A DNA stretch of 60,743 nucleotides from Candidatus Woesearchaeota archaeon (GCA_018302335.1 JAGVZT010000046.1:1-60743), one strand, 5' to 3'; counted from the stretch's first letter, positions 9,278 through 19,424 are shown. A program made the numbers and translations. Notes: generated by a model from the letters alone, not told the origin.

Positions 9278-9637
9278 ATGACCGACCTCGTCGCGTGCCT
9301 CTCCACCGGCAAGGGGACCTGGACGCACGTCTCGCGGCTCATGGCAGCAGCGGAGTGGAGCAAAGTGTTCCTGGTCTGCACGGCATTCGGGAAGGAGCGC
9401 TTCACCTCGGAGCGGCCGTTCGAATTCGTCGTGGTGAACGACGAGGAGCCGCTGCAGCTGATTGCCGAGAGCATCGCGAGCCAGCTCAAGGGCAAGTTCT
9501 CCGACCTCGAGGTCGCGGTGAATCTCATCTCGGGCAGCGGCAAGGAGCACATGGCGGTGCTCAGCGCGCTCCAGAAGGCCGGCGTCGGCTGGCGCCTGGT
9601 GCTGCTCGACGACGCGGGAAAGGTCCAGGAAGCCTGA
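9278..9637 (+). CDS. Small Rossmannoid protein, CARF-like
   Basis: MTDLVACLSTGKGTW...EVAVNLISGSGKEHMAVLSAL; own TTTTAA promoter. It is the tail of track ORF 8294..9637. Confidence 0.75.
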   Translation: MTDLVACLSTGKGTWTHVSRLMAAAEWSKVFLVCTAFGKERFTSERPFEFVVVNDEEPLQLIAESIASQLKGKFSDLEVAVNLISGSGKEHMAVLSALQKAGVGWRLVLLDDAGKVQEA

Positions 9638-9658
9638 CGACAGAATACACCAGGCATC

Positions 9659-9722
9659 CGGCCGGAATGCCGGGTTCCGGACTGCTTCACCGGAATGATT
9701 CGCATTCTCCGCATTGCGGCCG
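9659..9722 (-). repeat. Dispersed palindromic repeat copy
   Basis: Reverse complement reads CGGCCGCAATGCGGAGAAT...CCGGAAC..GGCATTCCGGCCG. Confidence 0.75.
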
Positions 9723-9780
9723 ACTGCCGCTTATGGTAAATTCCGAAAGGAATATAAACTAAATCGAATTATTCTCAGGT

Positions 9781-10335
9781 GTGCTCTACGACCTTCCGGA
9801 CATCAAGCGACTGCGCACCCAGCACGGACTGACCCAGGCGGAGCTGGCGAAGCGCGCAGGGGTCTCCCAGAGTCTCATCGCCAAGGTCGAAGCAGGAAGA
9901 CTCGACCCGACGTTCACCCGCGCGAAGCAGATCTTCTCGGTGCTGGAGAGTCTCGACCAGGAGCGAGAGCAGCTCACGAAGGACGTCATGGTTGCGGAGC
10001 CGCTGAGCTGTCCCCCCGAGCAACCCCTCGGCCAGGCCATCCAGGTGATGAACGAGCGGGGCATCTCCCAGCTTCCGGTGGTCAGCCAGGGCCGCATCGT
10101 CGGGCTGCTCTCCGAAGGCGGCATCCTCGACGCACTCGCCTCAGGAAAACGCAATATCACCTCAGCCCTCGTGCAGGACGTCATGGCCGATGTCCCTCCC
10201 ACGGTCTCCGATACCACGCGGATGAGCGCCGTCGCGCCCCTGCTGCGGCACTTCCCCATCGTCCTCGTCACGAGCAAGGGAGCCCTCCGTGGGGTCATCA
10301 CCAAGGCGGACATGCTCCGGGCGATGTCGCGCTAG
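9781..10335 (+). CDS. XRE-type HTH plus CBS-pair transcriptional regulator
   Basis: IKRLR..GLTQAELAKRAGVSQSLIAKVEAG followed by two CBS repeats (ISQLPVV, GVITKAD). Confidence 0.93.
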   Translation: MLYDLPDIKRLRTQHGLTQAELAKRAGVSQSLIAKVEAGRLDPTFTRAKQIFSVLESLDQEREQLTKDVMVAEPLSCPPEQPLGQAIQVMNERGISQLPVVSQGRIVGLLSEGGILDALASGKRNITSALVQDVMADVPPTVSDTTRMSAVAPLLRHFPIVLVTSKGALRGVITKADMLRAMSR

Positions 10336-11276
10336 TACTCCATCGAATCCAGGATGCCGTGCGCGTCCGTATCGAGTTCCTGCCAGAGGCTTCCCAGGCG
10401 GGAAGAGAGCAGGCTGCGGTGAAACTGCCGCTCCTCGTTGGAAATCCGTGCGAGCCGGTCCACTGCGATGAGCCCGTAGGGATAGCCCGGAAACGCGGCG
10501 TCTCTGCTGTGCCGTGCGAGGAGGCCCAGCGCTGGTCCCGAGGATTCGACGCGGAAGACGTGCCGGCTGCGAGGATGGAGTTTCACGGCGTGCACGCGTG
10601 CGCGATGCGCGTCGGTGCGTCCCTCGGCGAGCAGCGCACTCCATGTCCCCTGGGGCGCGCATCGGGAGACCGCCCGCAGCAGGTCCTCCCCTTCCTGGGT
10701 CAGCAGCGAGCAGCGCTTCGCAACCGCAAGCAGGGGTCCGCAGCGGTCGAGCAGCTCTCGCTCTCCGGGATATCTCGCCTCCAGGGTGCCGTCCAGCACC
10801 ATGGTGCCCGCGTGGGACATCTCCGCTGCGAGTTCCAGCTCGTAGATCCTGCGCACCGCTCCGGCGACCGCGCCTGGCTCCGGCCGCCTGCCCTGGACCA
10901 GGAATGCGCTGTCCTCGGGATTGAACGTGAAGGAGCCCTTGCCGAGCAGCTCCGCTTCGTACCGCAAAGCGCCCTGGCGGGAAGCGCGCACCACGAGGTA
11001 GTGCTCCTCCCTGCGCTGCTCCTCTCGCACAATCTCCTTCCCGAAGCGGTAGCGCAGGCAGCATCTGCGCAGCAGCTGGACGCTCACGTGCGGCGCGCTG
11101 AGCAGCTCCGCGCTCCCGCCATCGATGTAGCAGAGCATGCCCTCTCCCTCGGCCGGAAGAGGACGGAACCCCGGGAGATGCAGGTCGTACAGCGCGGCCG
11201 GGAGGTCCGCGAGGACCTCTCCTGAGGAGGGAATCGTGCCAGACAGCGCCTGGCGCAGGGCCTCGGTGACCTCCAT
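10332..11276 (-). CDS. nurA: NurA-family nuclease
   Basis: YIDGGS, VLDGTL, AVAK and PGYPYGLIAVDRLARIS motifs. Confidence 0.82.
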   Translation of the reverse strand: MEVTEALRQALSGTIPSSGEVLADLPAALYDLHLPGFRPLPAEGEGMLCYIDGGSAELLSAPHVSVQLLRRCCLRYRFGKEIVREEQRREEHYLVVRASRQGALRYEAELLGKGSFTFNPEDSAFLVQGRRPEPGAVAGAVRRIYELELAAEMSHAGTMVLDGTLEARYPGERELLDRCGPLLAVAKRCSLLTQEGEDLLRAVSRCAPQGTWSALLAEGRTDAHRARVHAVKLHPRSRHVFRVESSGPALGLLARHSRDAAFPGYPYGLIAVDRLARISNEERQFHRSLLSSRLGSLWQELDTDAHGILDSMEY

Positions 11277-11347
11277 GCCTGCGAAGAGGCCGGTCGGCTT
11301 TTGTCCGATGCGAAAGCTTTAAATATCAAGAAATTGCATGAGGTTTC

Positions 11348-11623
11348 ATGAGACTACTCAGGGGCCGGAAAGGCGATCTTACGCTCAACACAATCGTCGT
11401 CGCAGCGCTCGTCATCATCGTCCTCGTGGTGATGGTGATGATTTTCACGGGCAGAATCACCTTCTTTAACAAGGGGCTGGGCGATACGGAGAAGAGTTGT
11501 GCAGGAAGGGGTGGCAAGCTCTGCAATAACTGCGCGGGCTCCGAGATCCGGGACGAGAATAATCAGATTATATTCCAGAACGGCAAGTACTGCTGCCAGA
11601 TTATCTATTCCGGAGCCTGCTAA
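11348..11623 (+). CDS. Archaeal type IV pilin-like protein (class III signal peptide)
   Basis: RKG/DLTLNTIVVAALVIIVLVV cleavage-plus-hydrophobic pattern; short Cys-rich head; AAAGCTTTAAATA promoter at about 11313-11325. Confidence 0.8.
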   Translation: MRLLRGRKGDLTLNTIVVAALVIIVLVVMVMIFTGRITFFNKGLGDTEKSCAGRGGKLCNNCAGSEIRDENNQIIFQNGKYCCQIIYSGAC

Positions 11624-11654
11624 AGCTTAAGAGCGGAAGCGCGCTCCCGGATTC

Positions 11655-12096
11655 ATGAAGCGTCCGCACAAGGCGAAGCCTCGCAGGCAGCAGGACCTCG
11701 CGAGGGAGCGCATCGCCATCCTCCTCGGCCAGGCTGCTGCGCGCTTTTCCGAAGGACCTCGCGAGGGAGCGCATCGCCATCCTCCTCGGCCAGGCTGCTG
11801 CGCGCTTTTCCGAGGAGCCGGAGCTGTCCAATCGCTACGTGCGACTCGCGCGGCGCATCGCCATGCGCGCGAAGGTCCATCTCCTGCCTGCAGAAAAACG
11901 TCGCATCTGCGCGGGCTGCCAGCGCTTCCTGGTGCCGGGAGCGAACTGCCGCACGCGTCTCTCGGGCGCCAAGGTCACGCTCACCTGTCTTGCATGCGGA
12001 AAGGTCTCGCGCTTCCCCTACCTCAGAGAGCAGCGGACGCGGCGGACCGCTTCCGCAGCTCCTCCGCAAGGAACACGGTCAGCGACACCGCAATGA
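11655..12096 (+). pseudogene. rnp4: RNase P protein Rpp21 (component 4), frameshifted as given by a 61-nt tandem duplication
   Basis: LARERIAILL N-terminus in one frame; YVRLARRIAMR...CAGCQRFLVPG...TCLACG..RFPY in another. Removing one repeat copy restores a single ORF. Confidence 0.88.
11692..11813 (+). repeat. Exact 61-nt tandem duplication
   Basis: 11692-11752 is identical to 11753-11813. Confidence 0.95.
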
Positions 12097-14734
12097 TGAC
12101 AAGCCACTCCGCCCAGGAAAGGGGCACGGTGTGGAGGACCCGCTCGGCGAATGCGACCTGCACCACGAGCACCTGCAGCACGACGCTGAGAGCGAGAGCG
12201 CCGAGAAGGCTGGGGTTCGAGAGCAGCTGTGAGAGCCCGCTCCTCCTATAGGAGCGGCAGTTGAAGGCGTTGACCACCTGGTACATTACCAGGATGGTGA
12301 ACGCGAGGGTCGTCGCCCGGGCGAAGCCTGGCAGCTGCTCCGCCTCCGCATGTCCCATCCCCAGGGTGAACCCCGACCGGCTCAGCGAGTAGAAGAAGAC
12401 GCCCAGGACTCCGACGCCGATGATGAGGCCCGTGGCGAGCCAGACACGGACGTCGGCCCCATTGATGATGCGGGACTTCTTGCTCTTGGGAGGCCGCTCC
12501 ATGATGTCCGGCTCCGCAGGTTCTACGCCAAGAGCGAGCGCGGGGAACATGTCCGTCACCAGGTTGACCCAGAGGATTTGCACCGCGCTCACCGGCGCTA
12601 CGCCAAGAAGGATGCCTCCAACGATGGCGACGACCTCGCCGACATTGCAGGAGATGATGTACCGCACGAATTTCCGGATGTTCTCGTAGATGGTCCTGCC
12701 CTCGCGCACGGCATTCACGATGGACGCGAAGCTGTCGTCCGTGAGGACCATGTCGCTCGCCTCCCGGGAGACGTCGGTGCCCGTGATGCCCATCGCGACC
12801 CCGATGTTCGCCTCCTTGAGCGCAGGTGCGTCGTTCACCCCGTCGCCCGTGACCGCCACGACCTCGCCTTCGGCCTTGAGTACCGACACGACGCGGAGCT
12901 TGTGCTTCGGAAGGGTCCGGGCGAAGATGACATTGCCGGTCAGCAGGCGCCCGAGTTCGTTGTCCGTCAGCTCGTCCAGATGGGAGCCTTCGACCACCGG
13001 TGTCGCGTCGTCCGCGATGCCGAGCTGCTTCGCGATGGCCCGCGCGGTGATGCCGTGGTCGCCGGTGATGATGAAGATGCGGATGCCCGCGCGCTTGCAT
13101 TGCGCAACCGCCTCCTTCACCCCGTCGCGGGGAGGGTCCATCATCCCCACGAGCCCCACGAACACCAGGTCCTTCTCGAGCTGCTCCGCGCTGGGCTGCT
13201 CCTTGAGGTCGGTCCTCCCGGGCAGCTCGCGGTAGGCGCAGGCGAGGACGCGCAAAGCGCCTTCGGCCATCTCCTGGTTGGCGTGCCGGAGCCGGTCCAG
13301 GTCTTTCGGGGAAAGGGTACGTACGCGGCCGAGCTCCCGGACGGAGACGCTGCGCGCGAGCACCGCATCGGGCGCGCCTTTCAGGTAGAGCAGACGCCTG
13401 CCTCCCACCTCGTGGATGGTGGACATGAGCTTCCTCTCGGAGTCGAACGGCAGCTCCGCGAGCCTCGGATACTCCTTTTCCAGCGCCTCCCGCGAGAGGC
13501 CTGCCTTGCGGCCGAGCACGATGAGCGCTCCCTCGGTTGGGTCGCCGATGATTCCCCATCCTTTCTCCCCCTGCCGGAGCTGGGCGTTGTTGCAGAGGGT
13601 GGCGATGCGGACCATCAGCCCGAGCTCCTCTGCGTCGCCGTCGATCTTCCCCTCTGGGCTGTACCCTACGCCGGTGACGCGCAGGCCCTTTCCGTCGACG
13701 TAGAGCTGCTGGCAGGTCATCTCGTTCCTCGTGAGCGTGCCGGTCTTGTCGCTGCAAATGACGGTCGTGCTGCCGAGGGTCTCCACCGAGGTGAGCTTCC
13801 TGATGACGGTGTTGACCTTCACCATCTTGCGCACCCCGCGCGCGAGGGTGATGGTCATGATGGCGGGCAGGCCTTCCGGCACCGCGGCGACCGCCACTGC
13901 GACGGCGAAGATGACGCTCTGGAGGAACGGCTCCCTGCGCAGCGCGTTCAGGAGGAGGATGAGGACGCAGACGCCGAGAACCACCTTGCCGATGAACTTC
14001 GCCACCTCATCGAGCTCCCGCTGCAGGGGGGAAGCCTCCTCGTGCACGCTCTGGGTGAGGGAGGCGATGTTGCCGAACTGGCTGGACATCCCGGTCTCGG
14101 TGACCACCATGCGGCCGCGGCCATGGGACACCACCGTGCCCATGAAGCACATGTTGATGCGGTCCGCGACGTTGACCTGCACCTGGCTGAGCGCCTCGGT
14201 GCGCTTCCCCACGGGAAGCGACTCACCCGTGAGCGCAGCCTCGGCAGCCTTGAGGCTTGCGACCTCCAGCAGCCTGCCGTCCGCCGGGACGATGTCCCCC
14301 TCCTCCAGCAGCACGACGTCACCGGGCACGAGCTCCCGGGCGTGAATCTCGCGGAGCTCGTTGGAGCGCATCACGCGCGCCTTCTGGGAGAGCATCCCCT
14401 TCAGGGCCTCGACGTCCTTGGACGCCTTGAATTCCTGGTAGAATCCGACCGCGGCGTTCACGAGCACGATGGCGAAGATGAACAGCGCCTCGTAGACCTC
14501 CTCCATGGACTCGTGGAAGATGAGGGAGATGATGCCGGCGAAGATGAGAATCAGGACCATGAGGTCCTTGAACTGGGCGAGCAGCATCTGCAACGGAGTC
14601 TCGCCGACGGCGACGACCAGCTCATTCGGCCCGTACTGCTCCAGGCGCTGGGCCGCCTCCCCCTCGCTCAGCCCGGAGCGGGAAGAGCCGAGTCCCTTCA
14701 GGACTTCTTCCGGGGAAGTGTCGTAGTATGCCAT
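12023..14734 (-). CDS. P2A-type Ca2+-transporting ATPase
   Basis: TGES, PEGL, DKTGTLT, KGAP, TGD, GDGVND, SCNVGE, LWVNLVTD. Confidence 0.95.
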   Translation of the reverse strand: MAYYDTSPEEVLKGLGSSRSGLSEGEAAQRLEQYGPNELVVAVGETPLQMLLAQFKDLMVLILIFAGIISLIFHESMEEVYEALFIFAIVLVNAAVGFYQEFKASKDVEALKGMLSQKARVMRSNELREIHARELVPGDVVLLEEGDIVPADGRLLEVASLKAAEAALTGESLPVGKRTEALSQVQVNVADRINMCFMGTVVSHGRGRMVVTETGMSSQFGNIASLTQSVHEEASPLQRELDEVAKFIGKVVLGVCVLILLLNALRREPFLQSVIFAVAVAVAAVPEGLPAIMTITLARGVRKMVKVNTVIRKLTSVETLGSTTVICSDKTGTLTRNEMTCQQLYVDGKGLRVTGVGYSPEGKIDGDAEELGLMVRIATLCNNAQLRQGEKGWGIIGDPTEGALIVLGRKAGLSREALEKEYPRLAELPFDSERKLMSTIHEVGGRRLLYLKGAPDAVLARSVSVRELGRVRTLSPKDLDRLRHANQEMAEGALRVLACAYRELPGRTDLKEQPSAEQLEKDLVFVGLVGMMDPPRDGVKEAVAQCKRAGIRIFIITGDHGITARAIAKQLGIADDATPVVEGSHLDELTDNELGRLLTGNVIFARTLPKHKLRVVSVLKAEGEVVAVTGDGVNDAPALKEANIGVAMGITGTDVSREASDMVLTDDSFASIVNAVREGRTIYENIRKFVRYIISCNVGEVVAIVGGILLGVAPVSAVQILWVNLVTDMFPALALGVEPAEPDIMERPPKSKKSRIINGADVRVWLATGLIIGVGVLGVFFYSLSRSGFTLGMGHAEAEQLPGFARATTLAFTILVMYQVVNAFNCRSYRRSGLSQLLSNPSLLGALALSVVLQVLVVQVAFAERVLHTVPLSWAEWLVIIAVSLTVFLAEELRKRSAASAAL

Positions 14735-14799
14735 CGGCCACCAGGCTTATATAGGAGAATACCCGGGTCAGGAGTCAGCGCTCTTATAAAGGTTTCCCC

Positions 14800-15648
14800 A
14801 TGGTCCTCGAACTGATTGCGGACCCGGCGGCCGCCGCGCGTCATCCGGGGAGGACGGTGCTGCTCGGCTTCCTCTATTCGTGCGTCGCCATCGTGCTCTC
14901 GCTCTGGATATTCCGGCAGAGCGCGAGCCTGGTCGCGGTGTTCCTCACCGTCATCGCAGCTTTCCCCGTCTTCTACGACACCATCCGGAGGCTGGAGCGC
15001 AAGGAGGAGCAGCACGGCTCCGGACGGCTGCTCTGGAGGGAGCACTCAGCGGCGGTGCAGGGTCTCTTCTACCTGTTCCTCGGCGTCATGGTCGCGTTCG
15101 CGGTGTGGTACACCCTGGTGCCGTCTGCGCACCTGGAGACGCTCTTCAGCTCCCAGACCCAGGCCATCAGCGGCGTCCAGGGATTTGCAACCGCGCCTTT
15201 TGCGGGCGACCGCATGGGATTCTTCGCCGAGGTGCTCCTCAACAACCTGAGCATCCTGCTCTTCTGCGTGCTGTTCTCCTTCCTCTACGGCGCCGGGGCC
15301 GTGTTCATCCTGATATGGAACGCCTCCGTCATCGGCGTCGCGGTGGGGAATTTCATCCGCATGGGGGTCGCGCAGGCCGCGCAGATGCTCGGCGCCGGCG
15401 GGGCGTACTTCCACGTCGTCTCGCTGGGCATCCTGCGGTACGCCCTTCACGGAATCCCTGAGGTGATTGCCTACCTCATCGCTTCCCTCGCCGGGGGCAT
15501 CATCTCGATGGGGCTCTACCGCAGCCGCGGGAATCTCCATGCGACCAAGGAGCTGCTCTCCGACGCCCTGGAGCTCACGGGCGCTGCAATCATCCTGCTC
15601 GTCATCTCCGCCTGGATCGAGGCCTTCGTGAGCACGGCGGTGTTCTAG
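14800..15648 (+). CDS. SpoIIM/DUF95-family membrane protein
   Basis: Multi-TM protein with LLNNL, WNASVIG, HGIPE and SAWIE motifs. Confidence 0.85.
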   Translation: MVLELIADPAAAARHPGRTVLLGFLYSCVAIVLSLWIFRQSASLVAVFLTVIAAFPVFYDTIRRLERKEEQHGSGRLLWREHSAAVQGLFYLFLGVMVAFAVWYTLVPSAHLETLFSSQTQAISGVQGFATAPFAGDRMGFFAEVLLNNLSILLFCVLFSFLYGAGAVFILIWNASVIGVAVGNFIRMGVAQAAQMLGAGGAYFHVVSLGILRYALHGIPEVIAYLIASLAGGIISMGLYRSRGNLHATKELLSDALELTGAAIILLVISAWIEAFVSTAVF

Positions 15649-15669
15649 CCGTCAAGAGCGGCATCTCCT

Positions 15670-15723
15670 CGGCCGCGCTGCTGATGATTCCCGGCATGAC
15701 AGGCATTCTTAGCATCGCGGCCG
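15670..15723 (-). repeat. Dispersed palindromic repeat, short copy
   Basis: CGGCCGCG...CGCGGCCG termini between convergent genes. Confidence 0.6.
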
Positions 15724-15734
15724 AAATCCAGCAT

Positions 15735-17222
15735 TCACCGCACGTCGAACGGCGACGCGGAGAGCAGCGCCCGCGCGTGCCCGAGCTTCTCCGAGCTGTC
15801 CGCGTAGAGCGTGAAAAGCGTATCACCCTTCTTTACCCTATCTCCGACGTGGACGTGGAGGTAGACCCCCGCGCCCTGGTCCTTCGGGGAGCCGAGGGCC
15901 CGCGCGATGCGTGCGATGAACTTGTTGTCCGCGCTGCGGATGGTACCCGGACGCGCCGCGCGGACTTCCTCGGTCTGCCGGCCGAGCACCAGCTCCTCCG
16001 GGCGTGAGGCCCGACGTCCCTGCGCGTCGATGATCTCCACCATCTTGCGATACGCCTTCCCGGAGCGCAGCAGCTCCTCCGCGAGCTTCACTCCCTCCCC
16101 GAGCGGGGCCGCTGAGCCCATCTCGAGCAGCTTGCCTGCCATCATGATACTCTTCTTGCGCAGGTCCGCAGGAGCGCGCTCATCGCCCAGAAGAATCCAG
16201 AGCACGTCACGGGCCTCCAGCGCGGAACCGATGCCGTTGCCGATGGGCTGAGCACCGTCCGTGAGCAGGACGTGGACTTCCATCCCAAGCTGCTTCCCTA
16301 TCCCCTCGAACAGCCCGCGGAGCCGCTCCCCGCGCTCCATGTCCCACACCTTCGCGCCAGCGCCCACGGGAATGTCTATCAGCACGTGCGTCGCTCCGAC
16401 GGAACGCTTCTTGGCGAGGACCGAGGCGATCATCTGGCCCTCGGCATCAAGGGACAGCGGGCTCTCCACGCGGATGATGCGGTCGTCCGCCGGGGCCAGC
16501 GCAAGGGCCCCGCCCCACACCATGCAGGCTCCCACGCGCTTGACGATGTGACGCAGCTCCGGCAGCGGCACCTCCACCCTGGCGAGAACCTCCATCACGT
16601 CCGCGGTCCCCGCGGCCGAGGTGATGGCGCGCGAGCTCGTCTTGGGGATGGTGAGCCCCGCCGCGGCCACGATGGGAACGACCACCATGGTGGTGCGGTT
16701 CCCGGGAACGCCGCCGATGCTGTGCTTGTCCATCACCGGAGGCGGGAAGTCCAGGGTCTCACCGTACTTCACCATCGCCTTGGTGAGGGCCGCGACCTCG
16801 TCCGCGTTCAGGCCGCGGATGTACGTCGAGGCGACGAAATACGCAATCTCTATCTCGCTGAGCTTGTTCCGGGTGATGTCGTACACAATCTCGCCGAGCT
16901 GCTCCTCGCTGAGACACGCTCCATCGAGCTTCGACCGGATGTGCTGCAGGCTCGCAGGCTTCTGCTCGAGCTGCACCTCGATGTTCTGGCCGTCGCGGAC
17001 GCCAAGCTCCTTCACGAGTTCGTCCATCAGCCCGATGACGCCCTGCCGCACCACACCCTGCGATGAGGTGATGTCGAGGATGGCAACGACGCGTCGCTTC
17101 CCGTGCGAGAGCCGGACGCGGTCCTCGAAATGGAGGTCCATCCGCTGGGCGTCGGAAGAGTGCAGCACGGCGATGAGCGGGCCCCCGGTCCCGATGTCCA
17201 GGTCCTTCACCGCGAGTTTCAT
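15735..17222 (-). CDS. deoA: AMP phosphorylase (archaeal nucleoside-monophosphate phosphorylase)
   Basis: Start MKLAVKDLDIGTGG overlaps the upstream stop (ATGA); DKHSIGGVPGN, PKTSSRAITSAAGTAD, LAPADD; N-terminal archaeal extension. Confidence 0.93.
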   Translation of the reverse strand: MKLAVKDLDIGTGGPLIAVLHSSDAQRMDLHFEDRVRLSHGKRRVVAILDITSSQGVVRQGVIGLMDELVKELGVRDGQNIEVQLEQKPASLQHIRSKLDGACLSEEQLGEIVYDITRNKLSEIEIAYFVASTYIRGLNADEVAALTKAMVKYGETLDFPPPVMDKHSIGGVPGNRTTMVVVPIVAAAGLTIPKTSSRAITSAAGTADVMEVLARVEVPLPELRHIVKRVGACMVWGGALALAPADDRIIRVESPLSLDAEGQMIASVLAKKRSVGATHVLIDIPVGAGAKVWDMERGERLRGLFEGIGKQLGMEVHVLLTDGAQPIGNGIGSALEARDVLWILLGDERAPADLRKKSIMMAGKLLEMGSAAPLGEGVKLAEELLRSGKAYRKMVEIIDAQGRRASRPEELVLGRQTEEVRAARPGTIRSADNKFIARIARALGSPKDQGAGVYLHVHVGDRVKKGDTLFTLYADSSEKLGHARALLSASPFDVR

Positions 17223-18268
17223 GAGCGCTGCTCCGGGTAGATCTCCAGGACCGCGACCGTCACCGTGAGCGCGAGCGGACCGAAGATGATTCCCGGAAAG
17301 CCCATGAGCGCGACTCCCCCGAGCACCCCGATGAATACCAGGACGGAGCTCACCTGGGCCCTCCCTCCCACGACGATGGACCGGATGACATTGTCGATGG
17401 TGCTGATGACCAGGAAGCTGTAGGCGAGCAGCAGGGACCCGGTCAGGGTCTGGCCGTCGAGGAGCAGCGCCGCGGAGAGCGGAAGCCACACCGCCGCCGC
17501 GCCGACGAAGGGGACCATGGCCGTCACTGTCATCACCGCCCCCCAGAAGATGGGCGACCCGACGCCCAGGAGGACCAGCCCGACCGTGCCCGCGACCCCC
17601 TGCGCAAGCCCCGCAAGGACATGACCGAAGAGCATCGCGTGCAGCGCCCGGTCGACGCGCTTCATCATGAGCTCCTCGTCCTTCCGGGAAAGAGGCACGA
17701 GAAGCCGGACCTTGGCGATGATGCTGTCGCCGTCGCGCAGCGCGGCGAACATCACGAGCAGCATGACCACCAGCGACAGGAGGAACCGGGGCACCGCGAG
17801 GACCACCTGGGGAGCGAGATTCCAGAGCCCCTCGGCGACGCGCTGGAGTGCCCTGTCAAGAAGGGCGCGGGCGCCAGGCTCGATGACCAGGTTGCGGTAC
17901 CTCGCGTTCACCGCGCAGGTGAGCGACTGGTCTTCCGCGCAGTCTGTGGCGAACAGCTCCCCGCTCTTGAGGCGTGAGACCGTGCCGGTGTACGACTCTT
18001 TCGCCTGCTGCACCGCGACCTGGCCGAGAAACCCCAGCGGGAGCAAGACCGCCAGCGCGACGAACGCCACCATCGCCACCGCGGCGATGTTCTTCCTGCG
18101 CACCTTGCCGCGGAGCCGCTCGTACGGCGGATAGAAGATGTACGCGAGGACGAGCCCGCCGATGATGGGCAGCAGGTAGGGCAGCATGATGAGGGCTGAC
18201 AGCGCGATGAGGCCGACGAGCACCGCGGAGAAGGCGTACTTTGCCTGGGTGGCGGTGTCCATGGTCAC
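17219..18268 (-). CDS. AI-2E (UPF0118/PerM) family transporter
   Basis: Multi-TM; PFVGAAAVWLP, IDNVIR, GFPGIIFGP. Confidence 0.92.
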   Translation of the reverse strand: MTMDTATQAKYAFSAVLVGLIALSALIMLPYLLPIIGGLVLAYIFYPPYERLRGKVRRKNIAAVAMVAFVALAVLLPLGFLGQVAVQQAKESYTGTVSRLKSGELFATDCAEDQSLTCAVNARYRNLVIEPGARALLDRALQRVAEGLWNLAPQVVLAVPRFLLSLVVMLLVMFAALRDGDSIIAKVRLLVPLSRKDEELMMKRVDRALHAMLFGHVLAGLAQGVAGTVGLVLLGVGSPIFWGAVMTVTAMVPFVGAAAVWLPLSAALLLDGQTLTGSLLLAYSFLVISTIDNVIRSIVVGGRAQVSSVLVFIGVLGGVALMGFPGIIFGPLALTVTVAVLEIYPEQRS

Positions 18269-19257
18269 TTCAGCTCGTAGGCCTGCAGGTCAGGGGCGCG
18301 GAACGGCAGCAGGACGGAACCCAGCCCCTCGAAGAGTCCGCGCTGCCTGCGGAACTCCACGAAGCGGATGCGCTCGACCCCGAGCGTCGATTTGAGGTGG
18401 GCCTCCACCTCCTGCTTCCCTCCCAGCTCGTCCACGAGGCCGCGCTCCAGCGCCTCTTCGCCCAGGAAGAAGATGCCGCTCCGCAGCTCCTCGAGCTGCT
18501 CTTCATCGAGCTTGCGGTTCGCCCCGACCTCGCGCAGGAAATAGGCATGGATGCGGTCGAGCTTCTCCTGGAGGAGTTGCTGCTCTTCTGCGGTCATCTC
18601 CCGATAGGGCGTCCCGATGTCCTTCAGCTCGCCGGCAGTGAGCTTCCGGTACGTGACGTTATAGCGCTGCAGCAGTCCCGCGAACTCAAGCTGGGATGCG
18701 ACCACGCCGACGCTGCCCGTGAGGGACATGGGGGACGCGACAATCCAGTCCGACGCAGACGCAATCCAGTACGCGCCCGAGGCGCCCGAGTCGCGGATGA
18801 GGGCCACGGTGGGCTTGCTTGCCTCCCGGACCGCGCGGGCGACCTCCTCGGAGGCAACGGCGCTCCCGCCGGGGGAATTGATGGAGAGCATGATGGCGGC
18901 GATGCCGCCATCCTCGTCCGCGCTCTCTATCGCTGCAACGAGGTCATCGGAGCTCGCTCCCCCCGCGGAGAAAAGCCCGGCAGAGCTCTCGGACGTGATG
19001 GTGCCCTCGACAGGGATGAGCGCCACTCCGGCCGCGCTGACGCCGGGCAGGTAGGCGCGGGAGAGCGCCGCCGTGATGACCAGGCTGAGCAGGACAAGCA
19101 CCACTATGGTGACGAGCACCGGGACGAGCAGTCCCGAGCTCCTCTTCTTGGGCGCTGGAGCCTGCGGCCAGGACCTTCCTCCCTGAGGGGGGTACGCAGG
19201 TGGTGCGGTCCGATAGGCAGGGGCACGGTAAGGGGGCACCCCCTGAGGAACAACCAT
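18265..19257 (-). CDS. sppA: Signal peptide peptidase SppA (S49)
   Basis: INSPGGSA, ASGAYWIAS, TGSVGV, GELKD, GLVDELG; N-terminal TM helix. Confidence 0.94.
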   Translation of the reverse strand: MVVPQGVPPYRAPAYRTAPPAYPPQGGRSWPQAPAPKKRSSGLLVPVLVTIVVLVLLSLVITAALSRAYLPGVSAAGVALIPVEGTITSESSAGLFSAGGASSDDLVAAIESADEDGGIAAIMLSINSPGGSAVASEEVARAVREASKPTVALIRDSGASGAYWIASASDWIVASPMSLTGSVGVVASQLEFAGLLQRYNVTYRKLTAGELKDIGTPYREMTAEEQQLLQEKLDRIHAYFLREVGANRKLDEEQLEELRSGIFFLGEEALERGLVDELGGKQEVEAHLKSTLGVERIRFVEFRRQRGLFEGLGSVLLPFRAPDLQAYELK

Positions 19258-19298
19258 GAGAACGGACCAGACTGCCTCCTATTTATAATTAATGAAAT

Positions 19299-19357
19299 CG
19301 GCCGGGCTGAGGAGAATTTCGGCGGGGCAACCGGGAAGCCGCGCGGTCTTCCGGCCA
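19299..19357 (+). repeat. Dispersed palindromic repeat, degenerate copy
   Basis: CGGCCG..TGAGGAGAATTTCGG...GCGGTCTTCCGGCC; right end matches the copy at 55461. Confidence 0.6.
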
Positions 19358-19424
19358 GTTGCATGGACGGCGAACGAGAGTATTCCGACGCGTCCTCGGA
19401 GAGAATGCTGCAGAGTCGAGGGAA

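Noticed and set aside
15735-17489. 584-aa version of AMP phosphorylase
   Set aside because: The extension overlaps the AI-2E gene; the ATGA-coupled start at 17222 fits the family.
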